A stretch of 64,000 nt of DNA from Podarcis bocagei. Its lineage: Eukaryota. Every line of letters begins with the position of its first letter. Positions within the stretch are counted from its first letter, which is position 1. The notes under the pieces were generated by a model, which saw only the letters and a list, made by a program, of their open reading frames with translations, did no database searches and was not told the origin of the DNA. The stretch is from the NCBI GenBank assembly GCA_964188305.1, contig OZ076886.1; one strand, written 5' to 3'. Shown piece by piece: positions 35,800-48,771 of this stretch. The position numbers and the translations under genes are program-made.

Positions 35800-38700
35800 T
35801 GCATACCATTGGTCTTGTGGGGGCTTGTGGAGGCCAGGATCTGGTCTGATGGCCAGATTCAATTTCCCACCCCTGACGTAAGTTCACTTCAATGTGAAAT
35901 TAAATTAAAAGTGAACAAAATTGAATTAATTCTTGTTTTAGGAGGCTGAGAATCTGCTAGCTATGGCAGCTAACAGATAACATGGTAAACTCGAATTACA
36001 GGTTTCCAGGGCCAATATACATTGAATGAACAAAAAGTCATCATCAGTATGACTTGCTTGTGAGTTTCTCAGAGGCATGTAGATGGCCACTGTTGGTGAT
36101 GGAGTGTATGGATTACTGGATAGAGTTGCATTTGGGTGCCAGATTAAAAACAGTGCTTAATAAATGTTCATCTGATGCTGCATCTTTACCTGTCCAACAC
36201 CTGATATCTTATAGTAATCGGGTGGGGGGCAGGTGTGCATGGTTAGGGGAAATGGCCTTGTTGACAAATTAGGATGCCTGCCAGCCCATTTGGACCTCCA
36301 GGCCACAGGTTCCCTGCTGGTGCCTAAAGGATTGGAATTTAACTTTTATTCCTCATTTCTGAAACATGTCTCAAGGAATCCACACTTAATGTTATATTTT
36401 TCACTATTGGCTACAAACTGCCACAGAAAAATCTTTCCTGTGTATAGTTAAATCTGTTCAGCATCATTTTCAAAGCCACTTTTTTACTGTTCAGGAAAAT
36501 TTCAGTATCTACAACACAGTCAGAGGACATTAAGCAACTGAATGACAGGCTAGCTAACGGTGATGTTTCTATCAAGTCTATTATCCCTCTCCTAAAGGGC
36601 ACAATCTACAACCTGCTTGCTGGACTAAAAGTCTAATGATTACTAATATGCTGTCACACAGATTTCCAGTTCAGAAGATCAGCTTTCCATTGTGATTCCC
36701 CCCCCCAAAACTCACAGCTTCCTATGTCTCCAATAAATCCACTATTCACTATTTAAGCTGTGAAATATACTCAACTGGATTATTTTTTTGAACTAAAAAA
36801 AAACCCCATAATGAACATTTACTTGGTTCTACAACCTTCCAGAATTAGAAGTCAGAAAGAATGTTTTATCCTCCTTACCTATAAAAGGAAGCAATGTCTT
36901 CCATCAGTTATTTAGTGCATTATGATGGAAAGACTTGGGCTAGTACAGAACTAAAGTCAAAGAAGATTTCATTTTCTATGAAGCATCATGATGATCCCAA
37001 ACCAAGTGAAGCCAGACAGGTCCAGCTAATAAAAGGTACAATTTCTCTTTGTCTTCCTTCAGCAGCCATGGATTCAAATTTTTGCTGGCTTGCTAAAATA
37101 CTTCAAAGTATATTTTCTCCTTTGAGGAACAATAATTATTGATGTCAATATGAACAGAGTGAGACTGACCCTCCATACTTGGAACTTTGAGAACCAGTTT
37201 GTACATTGCTGTATTTGTTTGCACATTTCCAATGGTTCTCCTAGCAAAATTGTTAATGGTAGCTTTTAATAGGCTCAAGAGTTGGGGATGTGGAGTTGCT
37301 GCAATCTATAATCATTTCATCTCCCACTCTAGGCCTCCTATCTAGCCTGGCTTCAATTCTGAGTATTGCTAGGCAACAGGAACAGAGTAAACTCTTCCAA
37401 GATGATTAGCCTGGCCACCATTTTAATTATTGGCTCCATTTTGCCTGAAAGTGGTATACTAAAACAGAGGTCTAGTTAAAGGGGCAAGAAAGCAGAAAGT
37501 ACAATAGCTATCCTCCATTAATACAGACCATGGAAATATCTCCACCCTTTATTCAACAGTCCTGGTACCTACAAAACGTTCACACACATACCAAATAGAT
37601 TCCCAAAGAGGGAATGCACCCTGCCAGAGGTACTGCACGATCCATTGTGAATTGCATTTGTACCTATTAAGGTTAGCAATCCCTGCACCCCACACATTTT
37701 TACACTAATCAACTATGATCAGCTTTGCAAAGATTCCAGGAGAACCCATAGCTTGCCAGAGCTTGTGTTGGTCTTTCATTGCCTTAACCAAGGAAAGTAT
37801 TATTTCATGCAGGGCTAAAGGGGACAGCAAGTTCCACCTTGTTTACAAACCAACCAACCAAACTTGAATGATAGATTTGCTTGTCCAGTGTAGCATCACT
37901 GGGTTGTGCTTACTTGCACAACTAGAGGATCAAGGCAATTGCTTTTAAAGGAAACAGGCTGGCCTCTCTTCAGTTTTGCTAGGAAGCATTCCACTCCAAT
38001 TTAGTGACTTTCTTGATAACTACTGTATTTTGAATAATTATTGGAGTTGGCTGTAGGTCTGGGGCAGCAGGAGGGGTCTGCAGAGCATCTGCTGTCCGCT
38101 AACTTTGAAGACAAACCTAGAGGGGCTAGGGCACAGCATAACAAAGGCATATAGTGGGCATCTTGAAGCATCTTGTTCAATGGAGGTTCTTCAATTACTG
38201 ACCCTTCACTATGGAGAAGGTTCCAACATTCCCCGGAGTGGGAATGCCACTTCACAAAAATAAAATATTCTAGATAATCTGCAAGCCCTGGAGACCTAGG
38301 CAAGCCATTTATATACTCCTCTTAGAAGCCATTCTGTAGAGAGGAGGGAAAGGACTGGCTGTGAAGGGTCAGTAATTGAACTGTAGAGATCAGAGAAGAA
38401 GAAAATTGCCAAGCCAAGATGGAGGAGTAAGAGGAGCCAAAGGAGAATGTAAGTGCTTTGTCCAAGAAGGAGCAAAAAACTGAAGAGCAGCCAGCCTATT
38501 TCCTATAAAAGCTACTCCTGCCTTCGTCCACTAGAAGTGAAAGTAAGCCCAACTCAGTGATGCTACACTGCCATGCGAAATCATCTAGCCCTTTGAAAAT
38601 TAAGTAACAACCCAAGCAGTTCTGGTGTCCTGGTGCCAAGGATGACCTCCAGATTCACAACAGACCCCAGTAGGAAGAGCACCCCTTCCACCTTCTTCAC

Positions 38701-39915
38701 ACTGAATAGGTAATATTTGTGCTCCAATTTCCTCCCTACAACTCTAATTCTGCTTCCTTTCTTGTCTCTCTAACTCTCCAAGCAACCCATGCTGCTTCAG
38801 GCAAAGTGTTAATTACATTTTTTACTCCTTTGTCTAACCCAATTCACCTTCTATGTTTCTATAAATAAATACTGCTTAACATTTTATTGGATTTTTATTG
38901 TATTTCAGTATTACTTATTTACTTTTTTCATGTGCTTTTTATGAGTGTTACTTGTGTGAAATGCTTAGAGATTTTGCTATATTAAGTGATACATGTTATA
39001 AAAATAAACAAAAATAAATATACCTATTTCCTCCGCATCTCATTTTCATTCTCCAACTTTCCCCAGTCACTTCCATGATGCTTTAACCCGTCAGCCTTTC
39101 CCATCTCCCATGTCCCCTATAGATTTAACCAAACAGTTGCCAATCCAAGCTAAATGCTATGTACCCAGTCTGTCAATTTTCATAAGAAAAAACAGAACTC
39201 CCCCCCACGCACCCTCTAGATCTCTCCAACCCTTTGAAGCAGATTCCATGAGTTTCACTGTGCAAGTGAAAATTATTATGTTGATGGAACACATTAATTG
39301 GACACGGCTCAGTTGCTCTCAACTCTGGCTTGTTGCCTCATTGCTAATTCCCTCTCTAAGAAAACCCAGTTGTTGTGGTGCACCATGACCCTTGTTCAGA
39401 GGGTCTGAGCTCATATACATGTGCAGTATAGTACTTAACACATGTAGACAAGGACACAACGTTACAAGTGCTAATGTGTCATCCACCCTGCTATCTAACT
39501 GCATGTGTTTACATAGGTGGACTTGGACTTGGTGCGGGAATGTTGTTTCAAAAAGGAAGGTATTGTCCAACTCAAACCGGAATATAACAAAGGGCTTCTG
39601 GAGAAAGTGACTGGCCATAGAAGAGGTGATGGTACAATTCCTAAAGAACCTGGTTTAGATATAGTATATCTGAACAATGATTAACTAGCTATTGTTAATT
39701 AACAATTATTAACCTCTGCCTTCTGGATAAGGTGCTTAAGTAGGCATTTGCTATAGCCTATTTGAGATGTACCTCAAATATCAGCTAAAAAGCCTCAGAA
39801 CTGAAAATGGTCAGAACACACAGAATACCAAAATTATTATTACTATATATATTTATTTATTTTTACCCTGCCTTTTTACCTGACAGCACTCAAGGTGGCT
39901 TACATATAAAAATAA

Positions 39916-39959
39916 AAAGGTAAAAGTAAGGGACCCCTGACAGTTAAGTCCAGTCGCAG
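39916..39959 (-). mobile_element. Extremely 5'-truncated Sauria SINE (44 bp)
   Basis: Reverse complement of the Sauria 3' end (gcgactggacttaactgtcaggggtccct...accttt), with a perfect 14-bp TSD ACATATAAAAATAA (39902-39915 / 39960-39973). Confidence 0.9.
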
Positions 39960-40678
39960 ACATATAAAAATAAGAACTACTAAAACCTTTAAAAATCCAT
40001 CATAAAATAGAATTATATATTGATAGAATTAAAACTATATGCATATATACATATACATCTATCCATACATAATCTGTTTAAAACATACCAATAATTATAA
40101 CAAAAATAACATGGCACCAGCTCCTTAACATCAAACATAAAGACTGAAGAAATATACAGCTAAGTAACAATAAAGCTAATGATGTTCTCTTTTACATTAA
40201 GACCACAATTTACATGCGAGTTATGTTCCAGGGATCACACCTACAGCCAAAATCACATACAATCAAAGCACAATGGGTTCAATGGCGGATTTTTCCTGGA
40301 ACCCCATTCCATTTCTATTTAAAAAACGATAAACCTGCCACATGCCTAAAGCTGAATGCGCACAAGTTAAATGTGTGTGAGCTATGGGCTTACTGTATTT
40401 AGGAATTTGTGTCCAGTAAGTATCATCTTAATTTTGGACCTACTTAAGAACTGATAAATTACTTTATACCTGGAACAGGACCTTCCATGCCACTTTAAGA
40501 GCATATCAAATGAGGCACCACATCATGCAAGAAAAGTTTGACCTCTAAGGGTCTCTAGCATGTGCAATCTTAGGACTCAGCTATACAGCTGCAATTAAAA
40601 CGTTTTATATGTGTTGTGAAGTACAGTATACAAATGTGACACTAGACAGCGACAGTAAGCTATGCCAAATTCAATGTA

Positions 40679-40840
40679 CTGTATTTTTCCGTGTATAAGA
40701 CTTTTCCGTGTATATATATTTTTTTCTAGATTTTTGAAGTTTAAAGTAAGGGGTCGTCTTATACACGGATAGTGCACAGTGCATTTTCTTAATTTTGAGT
40801 CCCCAAAAATAGGGGGCGTCTTATACATGGAAAAATAAGG
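40679..40840. mobile_element. Short CCGTA-type Tc1/mariner MITE (same family as 30279-31147)
   Basis: TA|CTGTATTTTTCCGTGTATAAGAC...GTCTTATACATGGAAAAATAAGG|TA. Confidence 0.88.
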
Positions 40841-40917
40841 TATTTTTCAAAACTTTTATATATATTAAAAAAAACATCTTCACAGTGTTTTTTATATGTG
40901 TGTATCTTCTACCTTAG

Positions 40918-40997
40918 TCTGCAATCTTACCTGAGAACAAGTCTCATTGGACATGCCGAAACCTACTTCTGCATAAGTATGCAGAGGATTGTATAGT
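40918..40997. mobile_element. Old palindromic MITE-like element (tgcaatc...gattgta family)
   Basis: ctgcaatcttacctgagaacaagtctcattg...cctacttctgcataagtatgcagaggattgta, similar to 47196-47860. Confidence 0.55.
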
Positions 40998-42757
40998 TAA
41001 TATATCAGGTTACAATTGTGTAATAGCCACAGGCAGGTACTAGTGTAAATGGTTGATAGTAGTTGAAATGCCTTTGGGACAGTACCCACATCAGTCATCC
41101 ACAGCCACCCTTCTCCATACCCAAGCCATCTCCCACTCTTCAACTATGAAACAGTTTTGTTATTTGACCATTTGAATGTTGTTGGACTATTTTTTATAGC
41201 CAAACGTTTCACTGCTATGTGCAAGGTCACAGGTAACAGCACTTACCATTAATGCTGGCACAGTGGTCACTAAGCTCCCTTCTTTCTTGGCACAACAATT
41301 CATAGGGACCTTTAACTTTACATACTAGCATTAGCAGAATTTATGTATCCTTTTTATAGCCTATTTCAAAAATGCTGGTCATGATGTCAGTATTCACATT
41401 TCTGACCCCTGACAAGTATGAATTAGACAGATGCCACCAACTCCTGTCATAGGCCACCTATGTGTCCAGATAACACTAATAATGAAATCCCATCAAGGGC
41501 TTTCCAATTGCTTCACGTCAATTTTGTCCCACAAGTTCACTTTAATTTTTTCTAAAAAAATGTCGTTTATGCATTAATGGATTCAGAAAAATAGCTGATC
41601 TACAAAGTTGCATTTGGTGTTATTCTTAAGACTGCAGTGTGTGAAAATGATGTTCAGACTTAGTGAAGAAAGAATTGACCAGGTTTCTAAAAATATTGTA
41701 GAAAGCCATTAAGCCAAAAAAAGGAAACATAATTGTTGACTTTTAAATATGCAGGCAAAAAAAAATCATAGTAAATAACAATAATTTACTTGGAATATTG
41801 CTTCATACAGTGTTTCACAGAAACCTAGCATACAATTTTAAAGAAAGTGCTGGCAAATTAATTGTATACTTATGCTTTTTATGTTCAAGTCACATATGAA
41901 AAGAATAACATTTTACCCCACATTGAGTACAGTACCGTAGACTGAATATGGGTTTCAGCAGCATCAATCGTATCAACTGAGATTAGATGAAAGTGCATAT
42001 AGGATAAAAGAGGCATATAACTCTTACATTTTTACCTTGTGGCTAACATGGCAATTTGCCTCCAGCAGCTGGGTGCATCTCAGATAAATTCACGTCAGTA
42101 TTCTATTGCGAATATGGGTGGACAAATAATCATTTTCCGAATGCACTAATGCTTTTGCATTCTGATGATGGCATGGAGCTCTTGCATGCAGGTGCAGACA
42201 TTATTTATTTGGGGATTTTGTATTTGTTTTGGTAGGGGCTAATGTGCACATGGCAAGGACTGTGTAGCTGACTACATAAAACTCTATTTGTGAACATGGT
42301 AACCTATTTCCAATGGGCAACATTATTTAATATCAACCATTGATAGCTGTTGTCCCTCTTATAAAGTTCAGGAACCATGCTGCATGTATGCACTGAGAAA
42401 CAGCTGCTGCACTGGATACTTGGATATAGGTTGTCTGAAGGGCTTGACATGCAACGGAGTGTGAAAATATGAGCTTTGTTAAAAGATGGGAAAACATGCT
42501 CCATTGCAAACTGAACCCCTTCAGATAGCCTAACTCAACGGGGTTCCTCTCAGTGACAATGAAAATAAACACTTATCTGAATCTGCCCTGAGGTGTGCCA
42601 CATGCATGACACAAGCCAGCAATTTTACCCGTGTTCTAATCACAATCGTATCTGATACCATTTAAAAGCAACATTTAACAAAAAGAACAAACCTGGCTGT
42701 CCTCACTTTTCAGTCACTGATTGTCACTGTGCCATGTTTCAGGAGGAGTTAGCTGTC

Positions 42758-42804
<47 letters not shown>
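42758..42804. repeat. (AAAG)n microsatellite
   Basis: Direct reading. Confidence 0.95.
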
Positions 42805-42805
<1 letters not shown>

Positions 42806-45088
42806 CAGTTCAAATCCAAATCTGTCCTTCGGAATGTTTCCTTTAACATGCATATTGAATTGATTAAATTTCATTTCTGCTCTTTGGAGTGTGAGGGTTT
42901 TCTTCCAGTCTTTTTCCTCCTCCCTTCTCAAACAAAGCTACTTCCAATGTTCTGAGGGCTGGAAATTAATAGCCCTTCTAACTTGGATCTCTCCTGGTAG
43001 CCACCACCCCTGGCAAATCGCTATTTGTAGTTTCACCAAAAACAAATCATGCGTCTAATACAGCATTTAAGAGACTGAAATAAATCCATCCCTTGCTACC
43101 CTATCATCTTAAATGTTACTATGGAATTTGAACACATATGGCCAAAACCAAAAGAGCCAGATACATTATATAATTATCTTTTCTATTTTTACCTCCTAAA
43201 AATGAGATTATTCTGTTTCTTAAGGCTCGGGGAACCTTTTACAGGGGCTACATCCCACAACTTAAGGATAGGGCTACATAAGAACATAATATTTTAAATA
43301 CTTTTTCTATTACATTTTTAAGAACCAGTGCATGGCTAAATCACAGAAGAGGACCCCAACCTGGCAGAATCTTTAACATAATACCTTTTTGGTAATGTCA
43401 TGTCATAAACAGCTTTTTTTAAAAAAAGAAAAAGAAAAAGAAAAAGGACTACACATGAACATTTTCCATTATCTTTGGTGCACTTTACTACGGTTTAATG
43501 TGCAACGCAGAAAGATCACAGTCATCTAAATGTTGCTACAAGAATTATCTGTCTCACTACAATTCAAATGCTTTGTTATATGCTTTCTACAGTAGCCTGT
43601 GTACATCCCATTCTTCATGTTATCCAGTGATTTAAGGGCCTCTTTTGAGGACCTCAGCTTGATCACTGTCCTTTTCTTCCTGTCAGGAAAGGGAGCAGTC
43701 AAGCAGCGATCCTGCTTTCTGCTACTGATTCGCTTCCCTACAACTTGCATTAGACGTTATTAGAGCGGCTCCCAGCAGTGTGTAGTTAAGAGTCTGACAG
43801 TGTCCCCATTAGAAAGCCATTTTTCTTATAAAGGGTTTTGTAAATTGGCTATGTTAATGACTACAGAAAGAGGAATTTTTAATTTATTTTTCACCCCTAA
43901 AGGAATTATACATTTCTATTCCTATTTTTTTGTATCACAGCAACAAACAGCAATAGAAAAAGAGATAGGAAAGAGAGAGAAAAATAACTTAAAATATAAT
44001 AGCTCAGCTGTTTGGTTTTCTGTCTAAGTTATGGCTTATTTTGCCACATCCAACATAATATTCCTGGCAATTAATTTATAATACAGAATTAAGGAAATAG
44101 AAATATAGAAATGAAGCCGGTTCTAAAACATTCAGGTTTTTTTTTAAAAAAAATCAATGTAAAATATGAAGAGGAATGGCGGGATTTTCAAATGTATCCC
44201 AGTAAATGAACCTAATATTTACTCCAAACCAAGTTTTATTTAAATCAACATTATGTACTTATTTTCAAATAAATGTGGTAAATGCACTTATAAGCACAAC
44301 ACCCTGAGCTAAAAACTCTGCTCACACAAAACATTTATAATATCATTACCCACGATTTAGTTCACTTTACCATCACATAACAAAATGTTCACATAAACTG
44401 TGTTTAGAGCAGGGGATAATAATCCTCCTAAACAGCTGACTCTGGGAATAAGTGTTGTGTGAACAAGGGCAAGGTGTCAACCATGGGCTTTATCGTGCTT
44501 GAACTACTGTGATTCTCAAACTGTTTTCACCCAGATAACCAAATGCAATTCTGTCTTATTATTTACATTTTTAAATATAGGAGCCTCTTTTTGGCTGGCA
44601 GGAGAATTCTTTAAATAAAGAAATGAGATTATCTAGGAAAGGGATTGTGTGTTGAATCCAGAGGCTGCACAAGAGAAAGGCAATTCTGCTCCCTTCTGCC
44701 CTGAAACCTTCTGTACTTCATGGAAACCCTCTCCATAAGGCCAGGGAAGGTCTGAATAGTGGAAGCTGTGTCGTACTGGTCTGCAGTGGAAGAGAGGAAA
44801 TCACCCAGAATCAAGTAGAGAGATCTCTGGAGATTTTTTTTGGGAGGGGGGAGGGTACAAGGAGGAGGAAGGAATGAGAAAGATCGGTTGTGCAAACTGT
44901 CGGTTCATGCAACCAGTGGATTAAACCCAATTTGTATTATGGATACGTATTCCTATAAAACTCAAGTAATTTTTGCCCAGTAGTGTAGCCAAAGAAAAAG
45001 AGGAGGGAGTGCTGGTTGCTAGAAGAGTCGGTGTTACTACGTTCAGATATGCTTTGGGTCTCTGAAACATTTGCCTGCCAAGACAGTA

Positions 45089-45361
45089 CAGTGGTACCTC
45101 TAGTTGTGGACACGATCCATTCCGGGGTGCCATTCGCACCCCAAAAAGTCTGCAACTAGAGCGGCACTTCTGCGCAAGCGTGGAGCGCAATAGAGCGCTT
45201 CTGCGCATTTGTGAAACACGCAGAATGCTTCTGCGCATGCGCAAAGCAAGCAGAACGCTTCTGCATGTGTGGCGAAACCTTGAAGCATACACTTCCAGGT
45301 TTGCTGCGTTCGCAAGCTGAAAAGATGCAACATGAACCTAACACAAGACGAGGTATGACTG
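45089..45361. mobile_element. Tigger/pogo-type MITE with internal 30-bp tandem repeats
   Basis: TA|CAGTGGTACCTC...GAGGTATGACTG|TA; CTTCTGC unit starts at 45167, 45198, 45228 and 45258. Confidence 0.88.
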
Positions 45362-47225
45362 TAGTAAACTTTGATTCTGTCCGTGTTCATCTCTATTTTT
45401 GCCATGTTCCCATGGACCTCCTGAAAGCAAATGGTGTCCCATTAATCATGAACAAACCACAGTTTAAGAACCACTGATCCAGAGCAATACCTTTTCTGGG
45501 TATAAGTTTAAAGGTAGAATCAAACATGTGGTGAGTTGTGGTATACTCTTTTGACAGGATTTTATCACCTCAGCATATACATGGGGTACTATATGTTTGA
45601 AAGTGGATCCTGGTCATAATTTCTCTCTCACATGATAGGCTACTAACCTAATCTCCATGATGTGCAGTTTACACATGTAAGGACATTTTAATGTGGGGCT
45701 ACTTTCAGACATGTCCTCATATGTATCCTGAAGTGGTACAGTCACATGTACTTACATGAAACCTCCTCAGAATACTATCTAAGGGCCCTCATATTTGTGC
45801 CTGTTCTGAGGGGAAATCTATTCATATGAGCCTGGTCTACACTGCTGAATTTCCCTCTGCCACTGCCTAATATCGAAATAATTCTGAGGGAAATACCTAT
45901 TTTTCACAGTTCTTAAATGCTTCACACATTTAAAAAAAGACAGCGAGTTTGCTCCATAGAGTAACTGGGAATGACACAAGAGAGTTGGTTTCTTCCAGGG
46001 CGTTAGCTTTCCAGTGCAAGGAAGGGTGAAATGTTTCTCTCACCAGTGAAAGGCACACAGTGAGACGTTAACATGAGAGAATAAGCAGAATCCTTTTTAA
46101 GAAGAATGGTAGTTATACTTTAATTTAAAAATAAGCTGTTAGACATTTATGACAGGAAAATGTCCCACTAGCTAGATTCCAGTTCTGTTTGTATTTAGAG
46201 TGTTTACATATTTTGCCCACAGGAAGTCTCTGCCAGCAAGTCTGAACTTTCTAAAACATCCATTCCAATTCAGGCCTCTTTCTGGCCAGCTCCAAAAGAA
46301 AAGCAACCCTCAGCATTCCCAGGAGATGGAGATTTCAAGCTTTCCAATAATAAAATGGATCTGTTAGGTGCTAGACACTACAATAATATTTAAATTACAC
46401 TTTTGCCTTTTGACCCCTTCCATGCACACCTCATTGTCACACAGATTGCCAAAAAGGCATCTGCCAATTCTGTTACATATATAAAAAAACCTAAACATTT
46501 TCTTTCTTTCTTTCTTTTCTTTTTTGTACAAGTTCGGTTTTTCATCAAAACCATATGATCGAACAGTGAAATATACAAAGTAATGTGTCTGTGTTACCAC
46601 AATGTCAGCTGAAAGACACTTTGCTCATCGTCAGTCTATAAGCCTCTGGGCCATGTCATACAGCTCATCAATATTGTACACAAGAAAAGTTTTTTTTAAA
46701 AAGTCTCAAAGAAAAGATTAAAAGCTTCTAATGATGGGTGATGCAGCCTCACAAATATAAAATGGATTACCCAAACTTGGTTGTGATGCGGAAATCAAGA
46801 ACACTTTCATGATGAGCGAAAGCAACTCTGTGCAATAAAACGGCCATTTAGTTTGTCATCCTCCACACAGAGCAGTTACATAACTAATAGAATTCTCTCA
46901 CTGAAAAGGCCTTTACAGGTTCAGGGTCCTTCATTTGCAGGCAAGTCTAATAGGCAAACCTAAACATTAGGAGTCCTAAACATTAATAACTATTCCTGTC
47001 CCTCCTCTTCTCTGACTTTTGCATGCTATGCCTTCTGAAGAAACACAGTCTCTCCTCTGATCTTTGCATATGGCTTCATTGCGATCTCAGTTTCGTTCAA
47101 CAGATAAGCACTGCAATATTGCATCTAGAAGCTACAATGGTAAGATGTTTGAAGCCAATTCAAAACCTGGAAGTGATGCACCATCAAGACATTAACAGTG
47201 TAGTCCTATACACGTCTACTTAGAA

Positions 47226-47793
47226 CAAGGGTCGGCAAACTAAGGCCCACGGACAGGATCAAGCCCAATTGCCTTCAAGATCCGGCCCACAGACTATCTG
47301 TGGATCAGTGTGGGGATTCTGTTCGTTCGGGCTGCGCCATTTCCCCCCCTGAGCCATTCCATTCCCCCCCTCTCCCTTACACACACTGCGGCGGCGCCTC
47401 CTCCCTCCCTCCTCCTGGCTTCTCCCCGCCTTGCCTAGAGGAGGAAGGGGGCTAGGCTGAGCTGAGGGCCATTTTAAGCAGCCCCTCTCAGGAGCCAGCC
47501 CTTTCATACCGCTCACCTTCCCTCCACTGCCGCCCCCCTGGTGCTCCTGTGGGCCAGAGAGTGGAGCAGATGAGCTCGCTCTACCTACTCACGAGAAGCA
47601 GTGGTGGCGGCGGCAGCTGCAGGGAAGGTGAATGCAGCGGCTGGGGCTAGAGTGTGTGGAGGAGGACTACTTGCCCCCCTCGCCTCTTCTTCCAGCTCCA
47701 CACCACACCGCCCCCAGTGCTGCTTCTCTGGCCCACCACAAGGTCTGAGGGACAGTGGACCGGCCCATGGCTAAAAAAATTTGCTGACCCCTG
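47226..47793. mobile_element. Non-autonomous hAT with H2-type ends and a different GC-rich interior
   Basis: CAAGGGTCGGCAAACTAAGGCCC...AATTTGCTGACCCCTG with exact TSD ACTTAGAA (47218-47225 / 47794-47801). Inserted in an older palindromic element (47196-47860). Confidence 0.93.
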
Positions 47794-47963
47794 ACTTAGA
47801 AGCAAGTCCCATTGCATTAAAGGGAATTACGCTCAGGTAAATGGGTATAGGTTTGCAGCCTCAAAGTCTGAAGGAGAAACAAGAGGATAAACGAAACTTC
47901 ATCTTATTGGGAGATTATTGTTGCTACATTCTTTACAGAACTGGGTTTTCAGTGAATTATAAA

Positions 47964-48061
47964 TTGTTGTTGTTTAGTCGTTTAGTCGTGTCCGACTCTT
48001 TGTGACCCCATGGACCAGAGCACGCCAGGCACTCCTGTCTTCCACTGCCTCCCGCAGTTTG
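47964..48061 (-). mobile_element. Bov-B 3' end, 5'-truncated (~100 bp)
   Basis: Nearly identical to 7857-7955 (ttgttgtttagtcgtttagtcgtgtccgactc...cactgcctcccgcagt). Confidence 0.92.
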
Positions 48062-48771
48062 AAGTTCATTTTTATCTATTATTTATACCTTGTCCCATTG
48101 GAGGCTGGTCCACTGATGGACAGCCATCCCAAGGAGAATTCAGAGAAGTGTTTTTAATCAAATCTTCTCGGAATTACATACTCTTTCATCTCCCACTCCC
48201 ATTCTGTACTTCAAACTAAAAATAAAATAAAAAAAGAGCTCAGTAAACATTTCTGTCAATCTACTGTTCTCTGGCCAATCAGTTCTTGGCATCACTCAGC
48301 CAATCCTAATCTGTGGTAAAAAGGTCCCTCCCATGTGTCTCGAAGCAGAAAATCCATGTGACTGGATCAGGCTGTTGGAAAGTCTGTTCTAGTGGGTAAG
48401 CTCTTACTCCACCTGCCATTAGCCATTAGCCATTAGCAGACATGAGATGAGTCAGGTTCACTTCAAAAACAGTCCATTGTGGTAGCAGTCGACTATCAGA
48501 AGCATACACTGGTGCTGAGATTACTCAGAACTGTTTCCCTGAAAGCAACAGGGAATGTGTCCTACTTTGAGGAGCTTTTGTTTATTTAGTTTAATATTTG
48601 TTTTGTGATGTTCAGAGAGACAGAGAGACCAGAAACAGAGAGAAGAAGCAAGCAAACTCTATAATAAATACCTGATTTTTACTTTATCACTTTGCATTTT
48701 TTAAAAAACTGGGGACCCGGGAGGAGAAATAGTGGCTAGCTTGTGTATGTGGTGCAACAAACTCTGTACAG

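Noticed and set aside
41247-41309. 63-nt symmetric exon ending at ATG|gtaagt
   Set aside because: The donor is strong, but the acceptor (taaagttaaag) has no pyrimidine tract.
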